Assembly (NCBI GenBank): GCA_963663765.2
Contig: CAXXUA010000005.1
Span: forward strand, 928,001 to 992,000
Origin: Candidatus Poribacteria bacterium
Lineage (GTDB): Bacteria > Poribacteria > WGA-4E > WGA-3G
DNA length: 64,000 bases
Reading direction: 5' to 3'
Shown: one piece after another, positions 8,815-19,282 of the stretch
Layout of the letters: each line of letters starts with the position of its first letter
How positions within the stretch are numbered: position 1 is the first letter of the stretch
Notes under the pieces: generated by a model
What the model saw: only the letters and a program-made list of their open reading frames with translations
Told to the model about the DNA's origin: nothing
Database searches by the model: none
Program-made: the position numbers and the translations under genes

Positions 8815-9546
8815 ATGTTAAAATATAATTCTATCAAACCGAAAGTCTATGTTGAAGCAACAGTTGTTAGTTACTTAGTAGCAAGACCCAGCAATAATCC
8901 AATAATAGCATCTCGACAATGGGCAACCCAGCAACTGTGGAAAAGTTATACCGATAGATTTGAATTCGTTATTTCAGAAATAGTCCTTACCGAAATTCAA
9001 CGGGGGGACGCAACCGCAGCACAGCAACGAATTAACGTGGTTTCAACTCTTCCAGTACTTGAGAACAAACCAGAAACTAATGTGCTTGTACAGAAAATGT
9101 TAGATGATGGGGCAGTACCACCAAATTCTGCACCTGATGCACAACATATTGCAATTGCAACGGTGCACGGTATTGAGTATTTGGTGTCATGGAATCACAA
9201 ACATATTGTAAATAAACACAAGCGTGAACATATCAATCAAGTTTGCCAAGAAGCAGGATTTGTACCAATAACTTTATGTACACCCATTGAACTGATGGAG
9301 CAAAGTCAGATGAAAGAAACACAAGAAAAACAACAAGAATTTGATCCTGAAACATATACAGATCCTATTCTTGAGGAATGCTATCGAATTAAAGCAGAGA
9401 TTAGCGCACAATTCAAAACTTTGGACGAATTTTTTGCCTATCTAAAAGATAAGGAAGAAGAGGGTAAACGGAACGGGATAAAATATGTTTCGTATTATGA
9501 TCCATCCAAACATAAAGCACAGGAAAAATCTGAGGACGATATCTGA
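8815..9546 (+). CDS. PIN-domain toxin fused in-frame to a short helical partner domain
   Basis: KPKVYVEATVVSYLVARPS, DAQHIAIATVHGIEYLVSWNHKHIVN, LCTPIEL, then MKETQ..DPILEECYRIKAEISAQF. Confidence 0.8.
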   Translation: MLKYNSIKPKVYVEATVVSYLVARPSNNPIIASRQWATQQLWKSYTDRFEFVISEIVLTEIQRGDATAAQQRINVVSTLPVLENKPETNVLVQKMLDDGAVPPNSAPDAQHIAIATVHGIEYLVSWNHKHIVNKHKREHINQVCQEAGFVPITLCTPIELMEQSQMKETQEKQQEFDPETYTDPILEECYRIKAEISAQFKTLDEFFAYLKDKEEEGKRNGIKYVSYYDPSKHKAQEKSEDDI

Positions 9547-9582
9547 ACAATCGCACAATTTTCAAAAATAGGTGGAGTAATA

Positions 9583-10428
9583 CTAACGCACATATTCTTC
9601 GCCACGATGCTCTGCTATCCATGTCTTTAACGGCACATCGGCATCTGTCGGTTGCCACCAACCTTTGATGTTCACACCATCCCCTAACAACTGCCGTCTA
9701 ATTGGATCGCATTTCTCAAGTATCTCTTGTGGCATCAGGTTGTAATCCAATCCACGCAACCAACGATAACTATACCCCATAAACAATACCTTCCGCGTTG
9801 CATCGGAATAGTTTCTGCCTCTTGAGTGCCACATCCTTCGGTCGAATAGCACAGCGGTTCCTCGTTTAACGAGTAGATCCATTTCACCCTCAGGATCGCC
9901 TTCAGGATCATGTCGTGGTGGTAATTTGTCAAGTTTGTGGCTACCGGGAATAAGCCGCATTGCTCCGTTGTCACGATGCATCACGTCGCTTAGCCAATAA
10001 CTCACCTTCAGTGAAAGTCTGGGATGTGGACGTTCCATCTCTGGAATTGGTCTGCCACCGTCTTGATGCCAACCTGCTCCTTTTACAATACGTTCTGCAT
10101 CGGTAGGTTCTGGTGGATACATAATCAGATGTGAGATGTAGAGTTGGATATTCCAACCCAAAATATCCCAGAGCAGCGGAAACACCTTTTTATTGTCAAG
10201 CAATTCCAACAGTAGATCGTCTTCAATGACAGTGCGGAATTTGGCTAATATTTTGTGTGGAGCTAATCCGGTTTTCATGCGTTCTTCAGCATCAATACGA
10301 TCAGCGACATTCTCTAACGCATCTGTCATCTCAGAACTTATTGCGTCCTCAACAATGAGGTAGCCGTTATCATTGAATGCTTTGAGTTGTTCATCAGTAG
10401 CACAGTATTCAAGCCAAGTCGTATCCAT
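9583..10428 (-). CDS. Phytanoyl-CoA dioxygenase (PhyH) family
   Basis: FNDNGYLIVED, WHQD, NGAMRLIPGSH, MWHSRGRN. Confidence 0.9.
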   Translation of the reverse strand: MDTTWLEYCATDEQLKAFNDNGYLIVEDAISSEMTDALENVADRIDAEERMKTGLAPHKILAKFRTVIEDDLLLELLDNKKVFPLLWDILGWNIQLYISHLIMYPPEPTDAERIVKGAGWHQDGGRPIPEMERPHPRLSLKVSYWLSDVMHRDNGAMRLIPGSHKLDKLPPRHDPEGDPEGEMDLLVKRGTAVLFDRRMWHSRGRNYSDATRKVLFMGYSYRWLRGLDYNLMPQEILEKCDPIRRQLLGDGVNIKGWWQPTDADVPLKTWIAEHRGEEYVR

Positions 10429-10471
10429 TTGTTATCTCATAGAATAGTTCTGCAGTTTATGAGTCTGAAGA

Positions 10472-11686
10472 CTATTCATCTTCAACACGTTCAATAATCT
10501 CACCTGTTTCACGGTCTCTGTAGATGCGTTTCATCCTGCCGTCCGGCATCCGTTCATCCTTGAGATGAGCATAACGTTCATCCTCGTCAGATTGACCTGA
10601 ATGTACGTCAACAGTTTCATCTTCAGCTCGCCAGTCATCCAGTTCAACTGCTTCCCACTGTTTAGACTTCGCGGATTTGTAGCAAGCATCAATGATCGCA
10701 TTCACGACATAACCGTCGTAGAAGGTTTCCATTGGTTCTCTACCTTCGTCCATTGCATTGAACATATCAAGGAACATATCCCGATACCCGAGTTCAGCGA
10801 CCTCATCACCGACAGGAAAAAGCCAACCCGTGTCTCCTTCTGCTTTTTCAGCGACATAGCCACCTTGTCCGACTGCGGTGAACATCTCAAAACCTGTTCG
10901 GAGCCAGTGATTGAGCCAAATTGTGCCTTCGCTGCCAGAGACTTCATCGCGCAGATCCATACCACCACGAAATGCCCAACCGACCTCAAACTGTCCCATT
11001 GCACCGCTTTCAAACCGAATGAGCGCGATACCGTGATCCTCTGCATCAATTGGATGCACAAGCGTATCTGCCCAACACATCACTTCAAGCGGTTTGTTGT
11101 TCTTACCAACGAAATTCCGTATAATCTCTATACAATGGCATCCCATATCAACGATCGCACCGCCACCCGCTTGCTCCAAATCCCAAAACCAATCGCTATG
11201 CGGACCAGGATGTGTCTCACGAGAACGCACCCATAGGATTTTCCCGAGCGCTCCATTTTGAACAGACTCCAACGCCTTTATGGTTTTCGGAGGATACACT
11301 AAGTCCTCAAGATAACCACCAAAAACGCCTGCATTTTCAACAAGGTCAAGCATCGTTTTCGCTTCTTCCGCAGTGCGTCCGAGTGGTTTCGTGCAGAAAA
11401 TCGCCTTTCCCGCTGCCGCCGCAAGTTCAACAGCCTTCAGATGCAGGTTGTTCGGTAATCCGATAACAACTACATCCGTTTCTGGATGGTTGATCGCTTC
11501 TGCTAAATCTGTTGTTGCATTCGGAATGTCCCACTCTTTCGCAAAATCCATTGCGCGTTCCTCGCGCCGAGAGTACACAACATGCACGCGATCGGCACCA
11601 CGTTGATTGTGTAACGTCATCGTGTAAAACATTCCGATTAAACCCGACCCGAGCATAGTTACTTTATGGTTTTTATGTTCTGACAT
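10472..11686 (-). CDS. Gfo/Idh/MocA oxidoreductase
   Basis: [22 protein letters not shown]. Start moved to MSEHK, which has a GGAG RBS. Confidence 0.9.
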   Translation of the reverse strand: MSEHKNHKVTMLGSGLIGMFYTMTLHNQRGADRVHVVYSRREERAMDFAKEWDIPNATTDLAEAINHPETDVVVIGLPNNLHLKAVELAAAAGKAIFCTKPLGRTAEEAKTMLDLVENAGVFGGYLEDLVYPPKTIKALESVQNGALGKILWVRSRETHPGPHSDWFWDLEQAGGGAIVDMGCHCIEIIRNFVGKNNKPLEVMCWADTLVHPIDAEDHGIALIRFESGAMGQFEVGWAFRGGMDLRDEVSGSEGTIWLNHWLRTGFEMFTAVGQGGYVAEKAEGDTGWLFPVGDEVAELGYRDMFLDMFNAMDEGREPMETFYDGYVVNAIIDACYKSAKSKQWEAVELDDWRAEDETVDVHSGQSDEDERYAHLKDERMPDGRMKRIYRDRETGEIIERVEDE

Positions 11687-11751
11687 GCATTTCTCCATTA
11701 GAAGTGTTATTGTAAAGAGAAAGGGAAGGTTGTTGGACCTTTCCCACAATA

Positions 11752-12825
11752 TTATTCTGTTTTGTAGGTTGCAATCACACCCCAATCGTCTACCGTCCAG
11801 CAGTGGTTCTTATCTGTAGCATGCACTCCTTTGAGAGCACCACTCCCGCCAGCTTTCGTAGCAGTCCAGGTCATCCCACCATCTGTGGTATTCAAAACAG
11901 CACTATATTCTCCGACTGCCCAACCCACCATCTTATCCACAAACATAATATCATAGAGATTGTCAATTGAGTCAGTTTTCTGCTGTTTCCAAGTCTTTCC
12001 ACCATCGTTGGTATGCAGGATCAATCCCTCCTGTCCTGAAATCCATCCAGTTTTTTCATCGGCAAAATGGATACCGAACAAGTTGTTATCAAAACCAGCC
12101 TTCCGTTTTTCCCAATTTTCACCACCATCATTAGTATGCAAGAGTGTTCCATAAGAACCAATAATCCAACCTGTGGTCGGTGTAACAAACAATACATTCT
12201 CCAGATTGTTCCGTGTTTCCCCAACGCGCGCGCGTTCAGAACTACCGACCCATGTTTCACCACCATCGGTCGTTTTCAAAATTGCGTTTTCTGTTCCTAC
12301 GATAAAACCGACCTTTTCGCTGATCATCTGTATCCCCATCAAACTGGAACGTATACCACCTCTACGACGGTTATTATTATTTTGGTTTGCTGCTTGAGTT
12401 CTCGCCATTTTTCGATTCCAAGTTTTTCCACCATCTTCAGTTTTTAGTATCGTGCCTCTTGCACCTGTAAGAAAACCTATCTTCTCATTGACAAAATAGA
12501 TATTGTAAAGTGTTGGCAAACCACCTGGGGGACCTCCACCACCCGGTCTCTGTTCTGTCGTAGCACCTGCCGGACGCGTATTTATCTCTTTTTTCGTCCA
12601 AGTTTTCCCACCATCCACAGTAACAAGTATCAAACCTTTGTCTCCAACGACCATACCGTTTTGATTGTCCATAAAATGAACATCATGTAACATCCCTTCA
12701 ATACCATCACCACGAATAATATCGTCTTCTCTGAGTATCATCCACTTCCCATCAGCCGTCACAAGTAGAATCGGAATCGTGATGCCGACAATTACTAACA
12801 AAACAACAATAACTTTTCTGTTCAT
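11752..12825 (-). CDS. YCF48/Hcf136-like BNR-repeat beta-propeller, exported
   Basis: Repeated G.IL.T.DGG.TW units; N-terminal hydrophobic helix. Confidence 0.88.
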   Translation of the reverse strand: MNRKVIVVLLVIVGITIPILLVTADGKWMILREDDIIRGDGIEGMLHDVHFMDNQNGMVVGDKGLILVTVDGGKTWTKKEINTRPAGATTEQRPGGGGPPGGLPTLYNIYFVNEKIGFLTGARGTILKTEDGGKTWNRKMARTQAANQNNNNRRRGGIRSSLMGIQMISEKVGFIVGTENAILKTTDGGETWVGSSERARVGETRNNLENVLFVTPTTGWIIGSYGTLLHTNDGGENWEKRKAGFDNNLFGIHFADEKTGWISGQEGLILHTNDGGKTWKQQKTDSIDNLYDIMFVDKMVGWAVGEYSAVLNTTDGGMTWTATKAGGSGALKGVHATDKNHCWTVDDWGVIATYKTE

Positions 12826-12884
12826 GATTATCTCCTTCGTATATCCATTGCATATAAACTTTATGTCTATTTTAGAACTTACAA

Positions 12885-15071
12885 CTAAATCGCTTGAAAA
12901 TCTTCATATATCTGTCGTGCTTTGTTCTCAACATCTCTTAAATAAGTTTGACCAATTTGCGTTTTGTAAAGTTCGGTAAGCTCTCCACTGGTTTCACCAA
13001 AAGCTTTGGCGTATCTTCTGCATTCGTTTTTGTCAGGTCCTGAGGCGTAAGTTTTAGTTTTAGCATCTGTTCCAGACTTGCGGATTTCAACAAACATCTC
13101 TGCAAACTTTAGGTACGTGCCATCTCCAACAAATGTAACATTTTCAAGCATCGTGAAATCAAGCCCCGGCAGCGCATCTGAAAGGATAGCACGCGCTTCT
13201 TCCAAATCTATCTTTCCCTCACGCAGTGCAATAGCAATTCCGAGAAAGAATAGATCGTTTTTATCGCGTTTTGCTTCGCCTTCCTGCTTGGATGCGCGGA
13301 GTTTTTCTGGATTCGGTTCCGACTCATTGTAATAGGTAATATCTTCTCTCACATCACATCTTGCAGTGATTTTGCTCTCTTCAAAAATCGATGCAAGATA
13401 CTCAGACAAAGGTATATCCGCTTGTTTGCAGTGCGCAGCAAGTGCCGTGACTAACACCATAGACTCACCTGCAGATTTCTCCCGCATCGCTATAGCAGTC
13501 CTACCACCTTGGCTACGGATAAGTTCTTCAGGTCCGGTAATCATGCCGCCACTCTCTTCACCAGCAAAGATGAGACGTGGCTGCACACCAAGCGAAATCG
13601 TCTCACCGTAAACATCTTGGACAACAACGGGGGTATCTGGTTCATCGGCTATCTGCTTCTCAATTTTCTTCATGATTGCAGCGATCTCTTTGAAACCTAC
13701 AGGCACGTTAATCACATTCACCTCATTTGCAGCAGCCCATTGGTCCCAAGCAAGTGCGGATGGTGTGGTCTTTATCATAAACCGCGGATGTTCTCCCCAA
13801 AGACCAGCAGTTTTCAACTGTTTGGTATGGAAGTCCATTAACATCAGAAATGCTTGATTAGGCGTATAAATCGTAAGCAGTCGGTCATCATCAAACGTCA
13901 GAAATTCCACTCCGAGTTTTTGGAGATGTTCAGCACGCGAGGTCTCTTCTAATTGACACACAATTAACCGATCCCCATCCGGATCGGTCACTTCAACAAT
14001 TGTACCAATAGGTTGGTCCTTGAGTTTGGAAGCATAATCAGCAGATTGGACGACATCCAGAATGCTAAAATCGCATCCGAGGTCGTAAAATTCCTTCTCA
14101 CCTGTTTTCGGATTTCTGTCCAGTTTGCCGATGTTGTGGTAGAGTGGATCCGCTTCAACGTGAAGCCAACACACAGCGTTCGCTATCCCTAACCGCTCAA
14201 AAATCGCACGCATCGGACGATACATACACCCACCCACACAATCAACAACAATCGGAGGTTTCGTCTCGCGAATAAGGCTCAGGTTGGCATCTGTGGCAAC
14301 ACCGCTTTTGAGATAACCGACATATAGCTGCACGCCGTCGTGAAGTTCATCTAACCGTTCAAAGTCAATATGCTCATCGTTGACAGCACTAAACCGAATC
14401 GGATACCCATCCGTTTCTGCGATCTTGAGAATTGTCTCAATCTTCTTGACAAACTGCATAGACTCTTCGGGTAGGTATTGACTCCCTTGATTATTTAGGT
14501 CCTTGGTCGCATTCTTGGTGCTAACAGAATGGCTTGATGTGACATGCTCACCCCCATCCAAATCAAGCATGAATATAAGGAACGATGCCATCCAAATCGG
14601 CAACGTGCCAAACCCTTTCGGTACATAAGTCCGTATCTCTTGTGCTGCTTGAACCCGAGCAATAAACTCAACATATTTCTGTGAGTTATATCGCACCTCA
14701 CAACCCGCAAGTTTCTCTACGGTTTTCCCATCGGATTTCTCCTTCGCAACGAGACTTTTTCCAAGTGTCGCTAAGATGATACCAACCTGATTGATCGGAA
14801 AGCGCGTATCCCACGGATACAGAATGTTTTGGGGACCACGTATACCTGCGGTTGATACTTGTGCCTCTTTCGCATAGTTGCCAAACCATTCCCATAGATT
14901 CAACCGTTCAATCAATTCCTTGTTGAGTAGGAATGTAAATGCATCGGGTTCGTCCTGAAGAAAAAGTGGAGATTTGATTGAGTCAGGGGTGTTTTGTTCA
15001 ACAACTGCCAAGAGTTGCTGTTCTGTTCTGTTTCGTTTTTCAAGGGACGCTGCGTCTACAGCAATAACCAT
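12885..15071 (-). CDS. Alpha-D-phosphohexomutase superfamily protein (PGM/PMM-like), divergent
   Basis: TAGIRG, TSSHS (phosphoserine loop), DPDGDR (metal loop), VGFK, GEESGG, RKSGT. Confidence 0.85.
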   Translation of the reverse strand: MVIAVDAASLEKRNRTEQQLLAVVEQNTPDSIKSPLFLQDEPDAFTFLLNKELIERLNLWEWFGNYAKEAQVSTAGIRGPQNILYPWDTRFPINQVGIILATLGKSLVAKEKSDGKTVEKLAGCEVRYNSQKYVEFIARVQAAQEIRTYVPKGFGTLPIWMASFLIFMLDLDGGEHVTSSHSVSTKNATKDLNNQGSQYLPEESMQFVKKIETILKIAETDGYPIRFSAVNDEHIDFERLDELHDGVQLYVGYLKSGVATDANLSLIRETKPPIVVDCVGGCMYRPMRAIFERLGIANAVCWLHVEADPLYHNIGKLDRNPKTGEKEFYDLGCDFSILDVVQSADYASKLKDQPIGTIVEVTDPDGDRLIVCQLEETSRAEHLQKLGVEFLTFDDDRLLTIYTPNQAFLMLMDFHTKQLKTAGLWGEHPRFMIKTTPSALAWDQWAAANEVNVINVPVGFKEIAAIMKKIEKQIADEPDTPVVVQDVYGETISLGVQPRLIFAGEESGGMITGPEELIRSQGGRTAIAMREKSAGESMVLVTALAAHCKQADIPLSEYLASIFEESKITARCDVREDITYYNESEPNPEKLRASKQEGEAKRDKNDLFFLGIAIALREGKIDLEEARAILSDALPGLDFTMLENVTFVGDGTYLKFAEMFVEIRKSGTDAKTKTYASGPDKNECRRYAKAFGETSGELTELYKTQIGQTYLRDVENKARQIYEDFQAI

Positions 15072-15197
15072 TACTATACTCCGAAATAGGTTTTGCGGTT
15101 ATTATAGCATATACTGTAGATTTTGTGGGAGATAATTTGATGGGATTTATTGGGTTGGTATCAGTTGAGGGCAGTTTGGCGAGATGCCACTTTTTCG

Positions 15198-15614
15198 TTA
15201 GTTTTTCCAATCCTCCAAACGCAATCCCAACTCAATTATTCTTTCGTAATCGGAATCAGAAGCAACAAGAATTGCATCAAGAGTTAAAGCTGTCGCAGCA
15301 ATCCAAAGGTCGCCTTCACCTAAAGGCGTCCCTTGTTGTTCAGCAGCAACTTTTATCTGTGCATAGACCTCGCTAACCCTCTCTGGAATTGGGTCACACG
15401 GAACTGTAGCAAATAGTTCATTTGCTCTTTGTTCAAGGTCTTGTTTTCTTTTTCCTGCGGGTAGTCGACCAATTCCGAATAGAATTTCACCCTTAACGAT
15501 GGGACAAGTAAAATGGTAATCCGACTCAGTCAGAGAATCAAAACGCCCTTTTACTCCAGGATTATCCTGCATCAACAAACTACATGTTGATGTATCCAAG
15601 AGATATTTATTCAT
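15198..15614 (-). CDS. vapC: VapC-family PIN toxin
   Basis: YLLDTS, GEILFG, GDLWIAATAL, LVASDSDY..I..L.LEDW. Start overlaps the upstream stop (TAATG). Confidence 0.9.
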   Translation of the reverse strand: MNKYLLDTSTCSLLMQDNPGVKGRFDSLTESDYHFTCPIVKGEILFGIGRLPAGKRKQDLEQRANELFATVPCDPIPERVSEVYAQIKVAAEQQGTPLGEGDLWIAATALTLDAILVASDSDYERIIELGLRLEDWKN

Positions 15615-18289
15615 TATTTATTACTTTTATCCGAATCAAAGGGCGAATCAAACTTTATAGGTATTTCCCCCTCTTTTATTGACTGATTGAGTGCTTCAAT
15701 GTCTCCATCAGTGAGATACGGTGGCTTATCCATCGCTTTGATGAGACGTTGTGCTGTAGGATTTTTTCTTTTTGTATGGTCCTGATTCTGATCTGATTCT
15801 GTCCAAGTGCGGAACTGCTGTAAAATTTCAGGTCCCACTCTGACTGAAACAGCGGGATGTACTGCAAGTAGAATCTGACCGATTTTTTTCTTACCAGTTT
15901 CACTACTCTTACAGACTTGTTCTATTTCTGGCACTGTAACCATAGGCATTTTTAATGCTGCGCGAAATTTTATTTTTTCAAGCCACTGTGCAGAAAGTAG
16001 TCCTGCTAAACCTGTCACAACAGGGTCTAGCCATGTTAATTTATTAATGACAGCTTGTGCAATGAATGCATGTGCATAAAAAAGGTGTTTTGGATCCGTT
16101 TTGCTATTATAAACGATCTTAAATGCTGCTACAAGCCGTTCCATAGGTTCGGTATCTTGTGCTTCTATCATTGTTAAAACGTTGTTTTGTTCTCTCAATA
16201 ACGTCGTTTCAATCAAATCAAGAGCAGAAAATACTTTTTCTTTTATAGGTAGTTCAGACGAATTTGTACGCCATATAGATAGCATTTCATGTGTATCACT
16301 GTCTGTCCGCATTCTAACAATAAGCGCAGCAATAAAAATTGCAATGATGTTATCAGCAGAGGCAAAGTCGGACAGATCAGAATTAGTTATAGGATAAGTT
16401 CCTTTTTCCGCAGCTCCTCTATCGCTTTGTTGGTGTTTCTTCATTGAACTAAATACTTGCGCTAACTGATATATTTGTTGTGGTAGATTATCAAAAGTCT
16501 TGTTTTTAAAATCATATTGTGCTTTAAGGATAACAAGGGAAAAGTCCAATATTGGATGTTTTTCTTTGTCTTTCATTTGTAAGGCATGTTGAAAAACTGT
16601 CGTCTCATGCCCAAATCTGTACTCAATTTGCGCTAAAGAGAGCCAAGAATATCCTATAGGAGAATCAGGTAAATCTAAAACTTTTTCGTTAGTCTCCGTA
16701 TTGCTACAGAAACCTGCAGAAGGTTCAGTAAGTTCTGAAGATTTATTTTCAAGTCCGCACCATATCATCCATATCCATTTTATAGTGTAATCTAATCGTT
16801 TCTTTAAAGTGAAATACTGAAGGTCTGTATTGTCTTGAGATAGTGTCTCAAAATCTCGCAACGCAAGATGCATAAATTTTATGCAGTTCAACATATTACC
16901 TGACTTAAAGTAAGCAAATCCCGCATCTGTATACAAACTGATATATCTTTCGGTGTTTTCAATCTCTTGAGTTTTATTAGCTCCCTCTTCAAAAAAGCGA
17001 GCTGCTTTCTTCCAATCGTCCAAGTAAGCTGCACATATAGCGGCTCTGCGATATTCCTCTAAGGGGCCAATGTTTACTTGACCTGAAGGTGGATTCCATT
17101 TTGGAAGAATACGTTCGTAAATATTGAGCGCGTCTTTGTAATGTTTCTGATTAAAGTATACGACTGCTTGTGCTTCTTCTATCGTTGGTAAAGTACCAAG
17201 TTTTAATGTAATATCTTGAAGAACTTTATGAGCGGTATTTGGGTCGCTCAATTTTTCGTCATGGGTGATGGCTTTAATTCTTGCTGATGCAGCAGCAATA
17301 TATGGATAACCCCATGCAATAGTTTTTTCAATTACTTTATCAAAAACTTCAAGGCATCTTGTCCAATTAGGATTTTCAAGTTTTTCCTCTGTTAACCAAA
17401 TTCCATTAATCAAAAGTTGGGATTCAATGTTATCATTCTCAAAGTCAGCCAATAATAACGTTCTAATTCTTGGATCAAGTTCATCCAGTGTATCAATAAG
17501 TTCATTGAGGAAAACAGCGTTGATTTCTGGACGCATATAGATAAAACTAAATAGGAAACTGAAATAGTTTGATTTTTTAATGTTGTATTCTTCCAATTGT
17601 CCCATGGAAATATGATATTCTTCCCAGAGCTCTTTATCCCTGTCTCTGATATCGATCATTTCTTTAAGGTAACCTACCAACTTCTTGGCTGGTAGTGTCA
17701 CTTGATTATATTTTAATATCTCTGTTGCCAGCATTAGACGAGATAGAAGATATGACTGGTGTGGTTCATAAGGTTTGGTTTCCTTATCCCAAATTTCAAG
17801 TATCTTTGGAACTAATTCTGGCTTCACCTCAACGGCAATGCGATATTGCATTGACCGAAATAGTTGATTTACAAACGCATAGCCAGGGAATAATTCTTCA
17901 GGAGGATTGGTTTTAATGTTTGTAATCCATGAGAATTCTTGACAAATATTTTCCCAATCATCCTCTGGAGCGGTTAGTAATGATCTTATGGCAGCTATAA
18001 TCCTTTCTTCATCTTGATCATGTGTGCTTTGTATTGGAGATTGGATAGCAATATCAGATAAACCACTAATAAATAACATATTAGTAGAATCAGGCAATTT
18101 AGTATGAGTCGCGTGCATACGCGGATGTTGTAAATACTGACTAGAAATCCTTTGTGTTGTTTGTTCCTCACCTTTCAGATAAAGGAATTCATCACCAGCA
18201 CAGTCTAACTGCACATTTGCAAGGACGACAAGTGGATAGTCCCCTTGTAAAGGATAATTTACTTGATGCATAGTATCTGCATGGTGCAT
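15614..18289 (-). CDS. Large TPR/alpha-solenoid protein with C-terminal antitoxin-like tail
   Basis: TPR-like segments (AVVYFNQKHYKDALNIYERIL; AAICAAYLDDWKKAARFFEEG; AGFAYFKSGNMLNCIKFM). Low GC. Start placed at the ATG at 18289. Confidence 0.65.
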   Translation of the reverse strand: MHHADTMHQVNYPLQGDYPLVVLANVQLDCAGDEFLYLKGEEQTTQRISSQYLQHPRMHATHTKLPDSTNMLFISGLSDIAIQSPIQSTHDQDEERIIAAIRSLLTAPEDDWENICQEFSWITNIKTNPPEELFPGYAFVNQLFRSMQYRIAVEVKPELVPKILEIWDKETKPYEPHQSYLLSRLMLATEILKYNQVTLPAKKLVGYLKEMIDIRDRDKELWEEYHISMGQLEEYNIKKSNYFSFLFSFIYMRPEINAVFLNELIDTLDELDPRIRTLLLADFENDNIESQLLINGIWLTEEKLENPNWTRCLEVFDKVIEKTIAWGYPYIAAASARIKAITHDEKLSDPNTAHKVLQDITLKLGTLPTIEEAQAVVYFNQKHYKDALNIYERILPKWNPPSGQVNIGPLEEYRRAAICAAYLDDWKKAARFFEEGANKTQEIENTERYISLYTDAGFAYFKSGNMLNCIKFMHLALRDFETLSQDNTDLQYFTLKKRLDYTIKWIWMIWCGLENKSSELTEPSAGFCSNTETNEKVLDLPDSPIGYSWLSLAQIEYRFGHETTVFQHALQMKDKEKHPILDFSLVILKAQYDFKNKTFDNLPQQIYQLAQVFSSMKKHQQSDRGAAEKGTYPITNSDLSDFASADNIIAIFIAALIVRMRTDSDTHEMLSIWRTNSSELPIKEKVFSALDLIETTLLREQNNVLTMIEAQDTEPMERLVAAFKIVYNSKTDPKHLFYAHAFIAQAVINKLTWLDPVVTGLAGLLSAQWLEKIKFRAALKMPMVTVPEIEQVCKSSETGKKKIGQILLAVHPAVSVRVGPEILQQFRTWTESDQNQDHTKRKNPTAQRLIKAMDKPPYLTDGDIEALNQSIKEGEIPIKFDSPFDSDKSNK

Positions 18290-18692
18290 TATCTTTCTCT
18301 CCCGACACAAACTAAATGGTTTACTCGGCAATTAATATTTGTATTTTGGACACCCTAAATTCACCCACCTTTATCCCCCTGAAAGCGAGGGGAAGGGACT
18401 TTTTGGTTTTTTCTGTCCGTTCTATATATAATAAAATATAATAAATGTTTAGCGAGTAAATCACTAAAGGGTGTGAAATTAGACATTATACAAACTATTT
18501 ATACATTGGCAACTTGAGTATATCACATTATCAGGCAAAAATCAAGACACCCTGCAGACTATATCTACTCCAAAATCAGATTCTCATACATATCAACTAT
18601 CCTTAAACATTAAGATTTCTTGATTTACTTAGCAAAATTATGTACAATATCTTATCAGTAACATGACAAATTCAAAGGCAAAAATGGAGGTC

Positions 18693-18887
18693 ATGATGAA
18701 GACTTTAGTGGTAACAGAAGAAATTTGGAAAGAGGGTAATATGTACACCGCCTATTGCCCAGAATTAGACGTTGCAAGTTGCGGAAAGGATATTGAAGAA
18801 GCGCGAAATAACCTTCTTGAAGTAATTGAAATTCAGTTAGAAGAAACAGCAAAACTCGGCACACTCAAGGCTTTTTTTAACATATAA
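18693..18887 (+). CDS. HicB-like antitoxin (short, orphan)
   Basis: IWKEGNMYTAYCPELDVASCGKDIEEARNNLLEVI; GGAGG RBS; upstream TTGATT/TACAAT promoter-like site. Confidence 0.8.
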   Translation: MMKTLVVTEEIWKEGNMYTAYCPELDVASCGKDIEEARNNLLEVIEIQLEETAKLGTLKAFFNI

Positions 18888-18894
18888 AAGCTTA

Positions 18895-18982
18895 TACCAA
18901 ATTAACGTAATTTATCTTTTTCCAACGGTAGGTGCGGTTTCCTAACCGCACACTTAGCAAGACGACTCACGTTAATTCGGTA
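18895..18982. mobile_element. ~90-bp MITE-like shell around a GGTAGGTGCGGTTTCCTAACCGCAC REP
   Basis: TIRs TACCAAATTAACGT / ACGTTAATTCGGTA. Confidence 0.5.
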
Positions 18983-19004
18983 TTAGTCCCTCCTACACGT
19001 TTCG

Positions 19005-19212
19005 GAGAACGGTTTTACTACCTCATAATTGCTTTCGGTTCAGTAAACTGCCTTTTGCGAGTCATATTCTAAGACTTCAAGAAGTGTGACTCTCAACGTT
19101 TCATGCTATTCTTCCGTGTCCTTTCTTGACAAGGGACACCAGATACCTCTTGTATCCAACCGATCCACCACTCAACACGGCGTTGAATTTGAGCAGTATA
19201 GGATGCTTGCAT
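19005..19212 (-). pseudogene. HicB-like antitoxin pseudogene
   Basis: AGGAG RBS; MQASYTAQIQRRVEWWIGWIQEVSGVPCQERT, then a frameshift into EE*HETLRVTLLEVLEY with internal stops. Confidence 0.7.
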
Positions 19213-19282
19213 GACAATCTCCTATTGTTAATATTGATTTAGTGTTGTTGACGATTTTCTAAATTATACACGCTAATAATCC

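Noticed and set aside
15085-15130. Weak similarity to 19893-19931 as island boundary repeats
   Set aside because: Only about 11 bp (CGGTTATTATA) are identical, in AT-rich promoter-like DNA, which is not convincing.
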